Shown: positions 1 through 9,337, counted from the first letter of the stretch. The stretch: DNA of 15,852 nt from Octopus sinensis (GCF_006345805.1 NW_021825367.1:1-15852), one strand, 5' to 3'. Translations and numbers: made by a program. Notes: generated by a model not told the origin, from the letters alone.

Positions 1-194
1 TATGTTCATGAAGCCTGTCAGTTTTGTCCTTCTCATCCACATTTCATTAAATGATATCAAAATACAGATAATAATAAGAATAATATTATAATAAAAAAGG
101 TGGGATAACACACCGCCTTTTTTACTTTCATCTTATTTCTCGGGTGATTCTTGAAGCAATTCATGAGGACTTAACTTGAAGGAGGTAAAAGCCT

Positions 195-427
195 AGCGGC
201 GATCTGGCAGAAACGTTAGCACGTCGGGCGAAATGCTTAGCGGTATTTCGTCTGCGTTACGTTGTCGGTTCAAATTCCGCCGAGGTCGACTTTGCCTTTC
301 ATCCTTTCGGGGTCGATAAATTAAGTACCAGTTACGCACTGGGGTCGATGTGATCGACTTAATACCTATGTCTGTCCTTGTTTGTCCTCTCTGTGTTTAG
401 CCCCTTGTGGATAATAAAGAAATAGGT
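195..427 (+). mobile_element. tRNA-type SINE, family M (central domain resembles the MetaSINE Meta domain), near full length
   Basis: A-box-like TGGCAGAAACGTTAG, B-box-like GGTTCAAATTCC, central GACTTTGCCTTTCATCCTTTCGGGGTCGATAAATTAAGTACCAG, tail ending GAAATAGGT. The same core recurs in many places in the window. The Meta-domain assignment is from memory. Confidence 0.8.
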
Positions 428-508
428 AAAAACCCATGTCTTTCAAAGCTCTGAATTACGTCTAGCGTACAATTTACTTCGTGCCTAAGCCATTATAAGT
501 TATAAATA

Positions 509-826
509 GGGTAAAGACCCCCTTCGGTCATGAATGACCTTGGGATTGTATCTAGAAAGTTCCCATCCGAGGCACAAGTCTGGGCAAGGTTGTTTTTGTG
601 GAAGAGCAGCAGTCGCCCATGCATACCAGCCTCCCCTCTCCACGCCACTGATGTTATCCAAGGGAAAAGCAAAAACCGATACAGCTTGGCACCAGTGACA
701 TCGCAACTCATTTCTACAGCTGAGTGATCTGAATCAACGGGAAATAGAATGTCTTGCTCAAGAACACAACATACATCTCAGTCCGGGAATCGAAATCGGT
801 GCCCTAACCACTGAGCCATTCGCCTT
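509..826 (-). mobile_element. tRNA-derived SINE with CORE-like middle and a distinct 3' tail; head internally deleted
   Basis: Minus strand reads GGCGAATGGCTCAGTGGTTAGGGCA (A box) ... TTTCGATTCCCGG (B box) ... TTGTGTTCTTGAGCAAGACA ... CACTCAGCTGTAGAAATGAGT. The middle matches the SINEs at 9338-9540 and 10976-11250. Confidence 0.7.
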
Positions 827-888
827 CACTTTTATATGATAGTAGTAACAATGGTTTAGGATTTTGGCTCGAGACGGGCTCTTTTAAT

Positions 889-1004
889 GGGAAGAAGTAG
901 TCGATTACTTCGACCATAACACTTGGACGATACTTTATTTCATCGACCCCGAAAGAATGAAATACAAAGTTGGGACCTGAGCGAGATTTGAACTCAGAAC
1001 GTAG
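889..1004 (-). mobile_element. Family M SINE fragment, diverged
   Basis: Reverse complement of the core: ATCGACCCCGAAAGAATGAAA ... GATTTGAACTCAGAACGTA. Confidence 0.7.
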
Positions 1005-1089
1005 GATCAGAATAAATATTGAAAAGCATTCTTTTGCAAACTCTCTTATGATTGTACTAAACCATCGTCATCATCAATTTTTTTTTATT

Positions 1090-1164
1090 GTTTCAAATTC
1101 CACCGAGGCAGACCTCGCCTTTCATAATTTCAGGGTTGATAAAATAAATGTCAATCAAGTACTG
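1090..1164 (+). mobile_element. Family M SINE fragment
   Basis: TTCAAATTCCACCGAGGCAGACCTCGCCTTTCATAATTTCAGGGTTGATAAAATAA aligns to 269-325. Confidence 0.65.
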
Positions 1165-1249
1165 TGCTAAAAAGGCAAACCGTTATTAATTGTTTCTTAT
1201 TTAGGTGTAATGTTAGTCTCAAGGTCAGTAATTTGAGGGAGAGGGGTTT

Positions 1250-1380
1250 CGTCTATCATACAGATTCCAGTCCTTGACAAGTACTTTATTTTGCTGACCT
1301 CGAAAGGATGAAAGACACAGACGATTTTAGAAGGATTTCAAGTCATAACGTAAATAATCGCAAAACATTTTGTTCGATAG
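1250..1380 (-). mobile_element. Family M SINE fragment, strongly diverged
   Basis: GTACTTTATTTTGCTGACCTCGAAAGGATGAAAG matches the reverse complement of the core; boundaries are approximate. Confidence 0.55.
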
Positions 1381-1423
1381 TCTAACAATTCTGCATATCC
1401 ATCCTTATTTGCTGAAACACACA

Positions 1424-1530
1424 GGACGAAATGTTTAGCAGCGTTTCGTTCATCTTTACATTTCGAGTTCAAATACCAGGTCAGTTTTGCTTTTCAACCT
1501 TTCGAGGTCGATAGAATAATACCAGTCAAG
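1424..1530 (+). mobile_element. Family M SINE fragment
   Basis: CGAAATGTTTAGCAGCGTTTCGTT ... GAGTTCAAAT ... TTTGCTTTTCAACCTTTCGAGGTCGATAGAATAATACCAGT. Confidence 0.65.
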
Positions 1531-1557
1531 GTATTCAAGTATCCAGTATTCAATAAT

Positions 1558-1939
1558 GGAAGCACTCAGTCGGTTACGACGACGAGGGTTCCGGTTGATC
1601 CGAATCAACGGAACAGCCTGCTCGTGAAATTAACGTGTAAGTGGCTGAGCACTCCACAGACACGTGTACCCTTAACGTAGTTCTCGGGGATATTCAGCGT
1701 GACACAGAGAGTGACAAGGCCGGCCCTTTGAAATACAGGTACAATAGAAACAGGAAGTAAGAGTGAGAGAAAGTTGTGGTGAAAGAGTACAGCAGGGATC
1801 ACCACCATCCCCTGCCGGAGCCTCGTGGAGCTTTAGGTGTTTTCGCTCAATAAACACTCACAACGCCCAGTCTGGGAATCGAAACCGCGATCCTATGACC
1901 ACGAGTCCGCTGCCCTAACCACTGGGCCATTGCACCTCC
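1558..1939 (-). mobile_element. Full-length young tRNA-derived SINE, family R (copy A); 3' part of a composite element
   Basis: A box TGGCCCAGTGG and B box GGTTTCGATTCC. Hand alignment to 11319-11700 gives 12 substitutions in 382 bp and no indels. Confidence 0.9.
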
Positions 1940-2049
1940 GCTATCGTGATATTATCCGTAGTGTGAAAATAAAACTTCCAAAGACCCCTACTCATACGAC
2001 GGCTAAATACGCTAATGACTTAATGATTAGAGCATTCGTCTCACAATCG
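1940..2049 (-). repeat. Captured 110 bp flank: inverted copy of 11209-11318
   Basis: 1941-2049 is the exact reverse complement of 11209-11317 (109/109); 1940 and 11318 differ by one C/T. Confidence 0.95.
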
Positions 2050-2119
2050 GTCTGGGAATCGAAACCGCGATCCTATGACTGCGAGTCCGCTGCCCTAACC
2101 ACTGGGCCATTGCGCCTCC
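2048..2119 (-). mobile_element. Isolated family R tRNA-like head, the 5' end of the composite; TSD ATTCAATAAT at 1548-1557 and 2120-2129
   Basis: Minus strand GGAGGCGCAATGGCCCAGTGG ... GATTCCCAGACCG, then switches to the captured flank. A 10 bp direct repeat brackets 1558-2119. Confidence 0.9.
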
Positions 2120-2204
2120 ATTCAATAATACCACACAACGTAATCAATTATCCTTTCTCAACAAAGTTTCAGGCCTTGTGCCTGCAACAGAAAGGACTGT
2201 TACT

Positions 2205-2395
2205 GCGGGGAGGCACAGTTGCTGAGCGCATCAGACAAAATGCGGTATTTTGTCAGTCATTACGTTCTAAGTTCAAATTCCGCTGAGATCAGATTTGCTT
2301 TTTATCCTTTCGGGGCTCGATAAAATAAGTGCTAGTTGAGCACTGGGGTCAATGTAATCGACTAACCCCATCTTCCAAAATTGTTGGCCTTGTGT
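2205..2395 (+). mobile_element. Family M SINE, diverged, with type-2 tail
   Basis: TTACGTTCTAAGTTCAAATTCCGCTGAG ... CCTTTCGGGGCTCGATAAAATAAG ... CACTGGGGTCAATGTAATCGACT ... CAAAATTGTTGGCCTTGTG. Confidence 0.75.
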
Positions 2396-2463
2396 CACAA
2401 TTTGAAACCATTATTATTGCAAGGCGGCGAATTGTTTGCCCGCCGGTCAAAATGTCTTTCCCC

Positions 2464-2604
2464 GTTGCATTCGGAGTTGAAATCCTGCCGGGGTCAACTT
2501 TACCTTTCAAACTTTTAGAGCCGATGAAATATGTACCAGTTGAGCCCTGAGGTCAATGGAATCAACTAGTCTCCTTCCTAAAAATTTCAGGCCTTGTGCC
2601 TATA
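2464..2604 (+). mobile_element. Family M SINE 3' fragment with type-2 tail
   Basis: GAGTTGAAATCCTGCCGGGGTCAACTTTACCTTTCA ... GTACCAGTTGAGCCCTG ... AAAATTTCAGGCCTTGTGCCTATAG. Confidence 0.7.
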
Positions 2605-3041
2605 GTAAATTGTGCCTATATCATGATTCTTACAACAAAGGGTTAAAAGAAACACACTTCGTTGAATTTTGCACTTTACTTTGCTTCTGTGGTGCACAGA
2701 TTCCCCTAACCCGGTAAACCACAGACGACTGGAATAAGCTAACCTAACAGCAGTCAAGTGAACGAAACGGAACGAAACAGGTCCCTATTCCCTATTCTAC
2801 ACAACCCAGAGTTCTTTCATATCATTATCTCTTGCTCTCACCATGATGTCTCTAATGAGACAGCTGTTCATCATTTCAAACATATGTTCCGCCATATATT
2901 CAAAGACGTGTAGCGAGAGACTATCTACAAGCACGCACACGCACGTGTCCATACACAAATGCAAGACAACCCCGCCCCCCCCCACACACACATCGTATAT
3001 TTTATATATTTCATTCTTATAGTGTTTTTCTTCTTTCCAGC

Positions 3042-3124
<83 letters not shown>

Positions 3125-3372
3125 GTATATCTATCTCTATGTCTGTCTATTTGTCTGTCTGTGCAAATATACACATGGTTATATATATACTAATACGCAC
3201 ACATACACACACACACATATATATATATATTTGTGTGTGGTGTGTATATGTATATATACATATTTGTGTTTGCATATGTATATGTATGCATGTATGTGTG
3301 TGTGTGTGCAATATATAGACAAACCTACCTACACATACATTTATATGGACATTCATATATATATATATATAT

Positions 3373-3410
<38 letters not shown>

Positions 3411-3466
3411 TATATATATATGTGTGTATATGTGTATATGTATATATGTATATATGTATATATGTA

Positions 3467-3538
<72 letters not shown>

Positions 3539-3621
3539 TATAGATAGATATATATGTATATATATAGATATATATGTATAATATAGATATATATGTATAT
3601 ATATATAGATATATATATAGA

Positions 3622-3659
<38 letters not shown>

Positions 3660-3770
3660 TATAGATATATGTATATATAGATATATGTATTTATATAGAT
3701 ATATAGATATATATGTATATATAGATATATGTATTTATATAGATATATAGATATATATGGTATATAGATA

Positions 3771-3810
<40 letters not shown>

Positions 3811-3900
3811 AGAGAGAGAGAGAGAGAGAGAGAGATATACATATATATGTATGTATGTATGTATATATAGGATATACAGAAATATACGCATGTATGTATG
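3042..3900. repeat. Compound microsatellite block: (TCTA)n, (AC)n, (AT)n, (TCTA)n-(AT)n-(ATAG)n, an ATATAGATATATGT-like minisatellite, (AG)n, (ATGT)n
   Basis: Direct reading; (TCTA) about 20 units at 3042-3124. Confidence 0.95.
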
Positions 3901-4034
3901 TACGTGTGTAGATAAAGGCGGCGTAGAAGTATCCATACGCAGTCAGACAAGTGGATCACCTGTTTTGAAGAGGGAACCTTTAATCAAGTTACCAAACTCT
4001 TTCTTCCTTACATGTTTACAACACCGCAGGGTTA

Positions 4035-4134
4035 CTCTCTCTCTCTCTCTCGCACACACACACACACGAACTTCACAAACACATACATATATAAAACTTA
4101 CTCGGAAAAGGATCCGTGGCGTTCGATCATATAA

Positions 4135-4184
<50 letters not shown>

Positions 4185-4350
4185 CACACACATACCTACA
4201 TACATGCACACACACTCACATACACATAAGCACTGATACGCACAGACACACGCCCACACACATACACACAAACAAATATATACAGACAAATAGATAATAT
4301 GTGCGTGTGTAAATGTCCATAGTTTTACGTTCAGATCCATGTGTGTATGT

Positions 4351-4382
<32 letters not shown>

Positions 4383-4400
4383 TTGTGTGTATGTATGTAT
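4035..4400. repeat. Compound microsatellite: (CT)n, (AC)n, (AT)n, (GT)n
   Basis: Direct reading. Confidence 0.9.
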
Positions 4401-4544
4401 ACGGCACTCAACATGCACTGACATTCAGACACGTTATACGCATGAGGAGAAAATGTGAAACACGCATCAAGGAACAAAATTCAGCCAACACTCTTTAAGT
4501 GCGTGTGCCTAATCAGGTGTGCACCTGTCCCTAGGTGTGTATAC

Positions 4545-4576
<32 letters not shown>

Positions 4577-4658
4577 GCGTCCGTGTGTCCGTGCGTGCAT
4601 GTTTGGGAGCATATCAGCCTAGTCACACCTAGAGACTTGATAATATACGTTATACTGC

Positions 4659-4748
<90 letters not shown>

Positions 4749-4793
4749 GTCTATCTGTCTATCTGTCTATCTATCTATCTATCTCTCTATCTA
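4545..4793. repeat. (GT)n tract (4545-4575) and long (ATCT)n tract (4660-4793)
   Basis: Direct reading. Confidence 0.9.
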
Positions 4794-5454
4794 TCCGTCA
4801 TCAGCCCAGGAGAGTGAGATCTGCTGACTGAGGTGCCTGTCCAGCCTTCACAAACATATATATTTACATTGAAATCTATTCACTGATCACCGTAATTAGA
4901 AATATTAAATTTCTAAATGTCTCAAAGAGACATGAGCGGTGGTGGAGCGATGGAGTGGTTGTATACTGACAACCTGGGTTAAGACCCAGAAACATGCATG
5001 TCCTCAGGTGTGAATCTTGGCTGGTGAGGGTGCTTGCCTCCCCTTCACAAATATAAGGACAAAGGAAATGTGTCAAAGCCGACAGGAAGCGGCGATGCTT
5101 CCTAGGGCTAAACAGCGGTGGTGTAATTCCCATACGGGACTGTCACGTTATGTTGACAGTATACAACCACTATATATATATAAGTAATTATATAGAAGTA
5201 AATAACTATATTATTATTTTTTTTCGATTTATTATTATTATTACTAGTATTGTTGTTATACATACATACATACATACATACATACAAGTATATGTAATGA
5301 TAATAATAAGTGGATGTAAAGATATGAACAAAATAAGAATAAATAAAAACAACAACAAAAACAAATTACATGAACGTATATAAACAGAAAATACAAATAT
5401 TACAGGCCTCCCCCCCATACACACACTAAATAAACATAGGCGCACATAGAGATA

Positions 5455-5702
5455 TAAGCATGCGCAAATGAAGACATACAATAGAAATACAAAATGGCGG
5501 ACAGTTAGTAAGGAGAGACACAAATAAGAAAGAAGAAAACAAAGGACCACTGATGCGGTCACAGTAGTGTGACGAAAAGAACTCTGGCCGAAATAAGATT
5601 AAGATTATGTAATAAATAAATAACACTGAAGCAAGTAACACCAATATATAGTGCATCTGTTTTTATTAGCTAACTGGCAAAATGACCGTTCCTAAATATA
5701 AC
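5455..5702 (-). repeat. Unclassified interspersed repeat, copy 1
   Basis: Minus strand shares collinear blocks with 11780-11997: ATATTT.GG.ACGGTCATTTT, AATAAA..CA..GCACT, CAGAGTTCTTT, ACACT.CTGTGACC, CCATTTTGT, GCATGC. Confidence 0.6.
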
Positions 5703-5704
5703 AA

Positions 5705-5935
5705 TATACACACACACACGCATATATATATATATATAATATATATATATATATAATATATATATTATATATATTATATTATATATATAATAATATATAT
5801 ATATATTGCCTACACACACAAAGAAACATGTGTACATACATTAATACATAAATACGTAATGCATACGCTAATATACTATAAGTGTGTATATAAAATGTTA
5901 TTCCGAGTTTCACGTAACAGTCCTTCGCACGTGCG

Positions 5936-5975
<40 letters not shown>

Positions 5976-6391
5976 ACACACACAAAACCCTGTGCGCGCG
6001 TGTTTATGGAGTTTGCGAATGAATCTAAATCAATACAGCTTTTTTTTTCAAGACGTGCCTTCATAGTTTTTACAGCAGAGAGCCATAACTTAACTCTTTG
6101 CACTTAATGGCCTTTTCCCCACCACCGCCACCACTACAACCACCATTAACAAGAGTCAGAAAAACAACAACAACAACAACAACAACAACATCTCTATGCT
6201 CTATGAGTACCACTCATGCCTATACTCTACAAATACTAGAATGGTAAACGGGCAAGAAATGAAGTGGCTGACAGGAACTTCAACCAAACAAACAATAGGC
6301 TTCTTGTTTTCGAACCATAACGATATTCGTGCACACACACACGCGCGAACGCGCACTCAATACATATGCATATACATACCTTATTATATAT

Positions 6392-6436
<45 letters not shown>

Positions 6437-6469
6437 TATATATGTATATATTATATATATATATGTATA
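5705..6469. repeat. Scattered microsatellites: AT-only tracts (5722-5805, 6380-6469), (AC)n (5938-5985), (CAA)n (6165-6190)
   Basis: Direct reading; unique sequence lies between the tracts. Confidence 0.85.
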
Positions 6470-6981
6470 TATACAATTAAGGGCTCCTAAATAAAGATGC
6501 CGAGTGCTGGGAACACAAAAAGGGGATGAATTTATCGAGAGTGAAAATCAAAAACGTTTTACCGATAACTTTAACAACTCGTACCGCGGTTTCTGCTTCT
6601 TTCTAGCAAAAACAGAATATGTTTGCTAAGGCCAGCTTCATCAGCGAGTCGCCGAATTTAATCGAGGTCTGCAGCGATGTGGGACTATGTGTTAAACCCG
6701 ACTACTAGCAGATCTTAACTTTTCAAATCTCTGCAAGATCTGCTAGTAGTCGGGTTTAACACATAGTCCCACATCGCTGCAGACCTCGATTAAATTCAGG
6801 CGACTCGCTGATGAAGCTGGCTTAGCAAACATATTCTGTGTTTTGCTAGAAAGAAGCAGAAAACCGCGGTACGAGTTGTTAAAGTTATCGGTAAACGTTT
6901 TTGATTTTCACTCTCGAAAATTCATCCCCTTTTTGTGTTCCCAGCACTCGGCATCTTTATTTAGGAGCCCTTAATTGTATA
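6470..6981. mobile_element. 512 bp foldback (MITE-like): two 247 bp inverted arms around an 18 bp spacer
   Basis: Arms 6470-6716 and 6735-6981 differ by six 1 bp indels and no substitutions; spacer is AACTTTTCAAATCTCTGC. The inverted repeat is certain; the MITE identity is inferred. Confidence 0.7.
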
Positions 6982-7164
6982 ACTACATGAATAATATTTT
7001 TCTATATGAATAATATTTTTGTCTTATGACTAATTCGTCTTTTGTGCTGGGCACCTGGTAGTAAATAATATTACTACCCTTCTTGTTTATATATGTATAT
7101 ATATATAAACTTACTTGGAGAACAGAAAAGAAACGAAACGACGCGAGGACGCTCAGTCATGCAA

Positions 7165-7374
7165 TAAATTAATAAATAAAATATATGCATACATACATAC
7201 ATATATGTACGTACCTACATCTACATGTATATATACATGCATATATAAATATATATATTTGTGGTGTCCTGTACTCACATATATATTTATATATGCATGT
7301 ATATATACATGTAGATGTAGGTACGTACATATATGTATGTATGTATGTATGCATATATTTTATTTTTTAATTTA
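7165..7374. repeat. Inverted duplication of microsatellite-like DNA: 92/96 bp arms, 22 bp spacer
   Basis: 7165-7256 versus the reverse complement of 7279-7374: one substitution and one extra CATA unit. Confidence 0.9.
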
Positions 7375-7379
7375 TATAT

Positions 7380-7418
7380 ATGTATATATATGTGTGTGTG
7401 TGTATGTATGTATAAACA

Positions 7419-7454
<36 letters not shown>

Positions 7455-7631
7455 TGCATAAACATACATGAATGTATGCATGTGTATGCTGGTAATATAT
7501 ATATTCATGCGTACTCACACAAATATATATATATATACACACATATACATATATATATATGTGTGTGTGTAAACACACATGCACACACACATAGCATATG
7601 TAAATGCATGCATACGTATATATATGCATGT

Positions 7632-7680
<49 letters not shown>

Positions 7681-7695
7681 CGTGTGTGTGTGTGC
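7380..7695. repeat. Compound (AT)/(GT)/(ATGT)/(AC) microsatellite ending in a long (GT)n
   Basis: Direct reading. Confidence 0.9.
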
Positions 7696-8039
7696 GTGTT
7701 GCTACTTTAAAGTTCCATACAATTACAGATGTTGTCTGTCTGTCTCTGCGGATCTTTTCCGTTTTAGCCAAAAAACGATTGGAGTCGGAAGTTGTCATTA
7801 GGGAGACTCGGTGTTTAGGTCGGGGTTGAGGCAAGAGACGGTTTGATTGGTTCCCTTGCAGGTCGGCTGGCTGGCTTGCTGGTTTGTTTGTTGGTTTCTC
7901 GGTTGTTTGTTTGAATAAGGATGGCGGCGAGTTAATAAGGGGCTCCCTCAAAATAAGGGTCAGACGACCCAGATTTATGTCGCTTTGATAATGTTACTCC
8001 CACCACTTTATTTCTGCAGCAGTAACCTTATAATCTTTA

Positions 8040-8360
8040 TTGTTGCCGCTGCTGTTCCTGCTACTTTGGTTGTTGTTGTTGTTCTTATCGTTGTTGATGT
8101 TTTGCTAGTGTTGACAATGTTAGTGTCGCCGTTGTTGTTGTTGTTGTTTTTGTTGTTGTTGTTGTCATCGTCGTCGTTGTCACTTCTTATTGATGTTAAA
8201 AGTAAAATTTCTAGGCAGGTTGTTTTGCAATTCACTGATGTTACTGATATATTTCAACAGTAAATCAACGTGCTAGAAATAGTAACCAGATCTCTTCATT
8301 TCTTCCCTTATTTTCCCTCCATCTTCTCTCTCTCTCTCTCTCCTCTCTCTCTCGCTCTCT
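8040..8360. repeat. Degenerate (GTT)n/(GCT)n tract (8040-8180) and (CT)n tract (8320-8360)
   Basis: Direct reading. Confidence 0.85.
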
Positions 8361-8889
8361 TTCCCTTTCTCCTGTGCCTGCTGCTGACACGTAACCCGTG
8401 GCCAGTTTCCCTCCATTCTCTCTCTTTCTCACACCAACCACCTAGCGATTCGGTCGCAAAAATTTTTCTCTGTTTTGCTATTTGCTATTGTCTATATCCT
8501 TCAAGATTTCTTCTAAGCGTTACCTACCATCCTTGTCGTTTGGCCATAAGACTGTATTTTGCTCCGTTTCGTCTTTGTCCATCATCTTAAATTAGATATT
8601 TTTAACCTTCGTATGTCTACTCTGTCGTTTTGTTTGCTTGAGGCCCGATTCTCTTCGTCTTTCGCAGGCAACTCCAGCATAGGAAGCCCCTCGGTTTTCT
8701 CATAAATGGTGCGAAACTGAGTATTACCATTTTGGTTGGTAACTGATGAAGAATTAAGAACCATCTGTGTCTTATATACGTATACGTTTGCTTATCTGTC
8801 GTTGTTTATTTACAATGCATTTTTACATTTATTAAGTAATCGTACGCAATACACACTCGACGTTTATTAACAGTACGTTTATATATATA

Positions 8890-9282
8890 CTAGCAGTATC
8901 GCCCGGTGTTGCTCGGGTTTGTAAGGGAAATAACTATATAAGCATTTTTAGAGATGTAAAGTATAATAGCCATCTCAATATGGCTAACCACAAAGGGGGG
9001 GGGGGTTTACTGTAGCTTTTACGTTCTGAGATTTAATAATAATTTTAGGGAGTTACTTCCCTTATATATGCCAAAGTGCATTAAAAATGGGAAAAATTGA
9101 TGGTAAATTTTTTTTAAATCGTAGACTCATCGTAGACGCGCGCTAATACCCAGAATGGCTCGATATGAATCACGACTATAAGATACCCGGTTTGGTTAAA
9201 CTGCACCGCAAAATGTGGGAGTAGTCAGGAATCTAAATCGTAGGAGACAGACAGCACACAGCCTCTCTTTTATATATAAAGA
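8890..9282 (-). mobile_element. Complete non-autonomous Helitron (393 bp)
   Basis: Minus strand starts TCTTTATATATAAAAG and ends CCCGAGCAACACCGGG-CGATACTG-CTAG (subterminal GC hairpin, then CTAG). It sits between a host A and T with no TSD, inside an (AT)n tract. These are the canonical Helitron termini. Confidence 0.85.
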
Positions 9283-9337
9283 TATATATGTGTGTGTGTG
9301 TGTGTGTATGTGTGTGTGTGTGTGTGTGTTATAAAAA

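Noticed and set aside
1837-2286. 149 aa ORF nearly identical over its first 71 aa to the ORF at 11206-11421; likewise the 1605-1808 / 11450-11653 pair
   Set aside because: These are translations of SINE DNA and the duplicated flank; the similarity only reflects the DNA duplication. No domain, splice or codon support.
3911-4035. Short unique open stretch [40 protein letters not shown] after an AG
   Set aside because: No polypyrimidine tract, weak donor, no recognisable protein similarity; cannot be supported as an exon without RNA data.
2797-4831. Many ORFs rich in Y/I/C/V/H/T/L/S (also at 5150-6480, 7115-7951, 9352-10313, 12626-12820, 15544-15801)
   Set aside because: Translations of di-, tri- and tetranucleotide microsatellites that lack stop codons by composition.
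4795-4850. CTGATGA on the minus strand, resembling a hammerhead ribozyme core
   Set aside because: No stem II or GAAA follows; the sequence runs straight into a microsatellite.
6745-6973. About 74-codon open frame in the right arm of the foldback
   Set aside because: No early start codon, no recognisable motif, and the frame is broken in the left arm; the length is compatible with chance.
8582-8764. 60 aa minus-strand ORF, and a good-looking plus-strand acceptor (TTCTCTTCGTCTTTCGCAG, 8667) with a possible donor at 8739
   Set aside because: Single isolated signals with no partner exon or homology; only spliced reads could rescue it.
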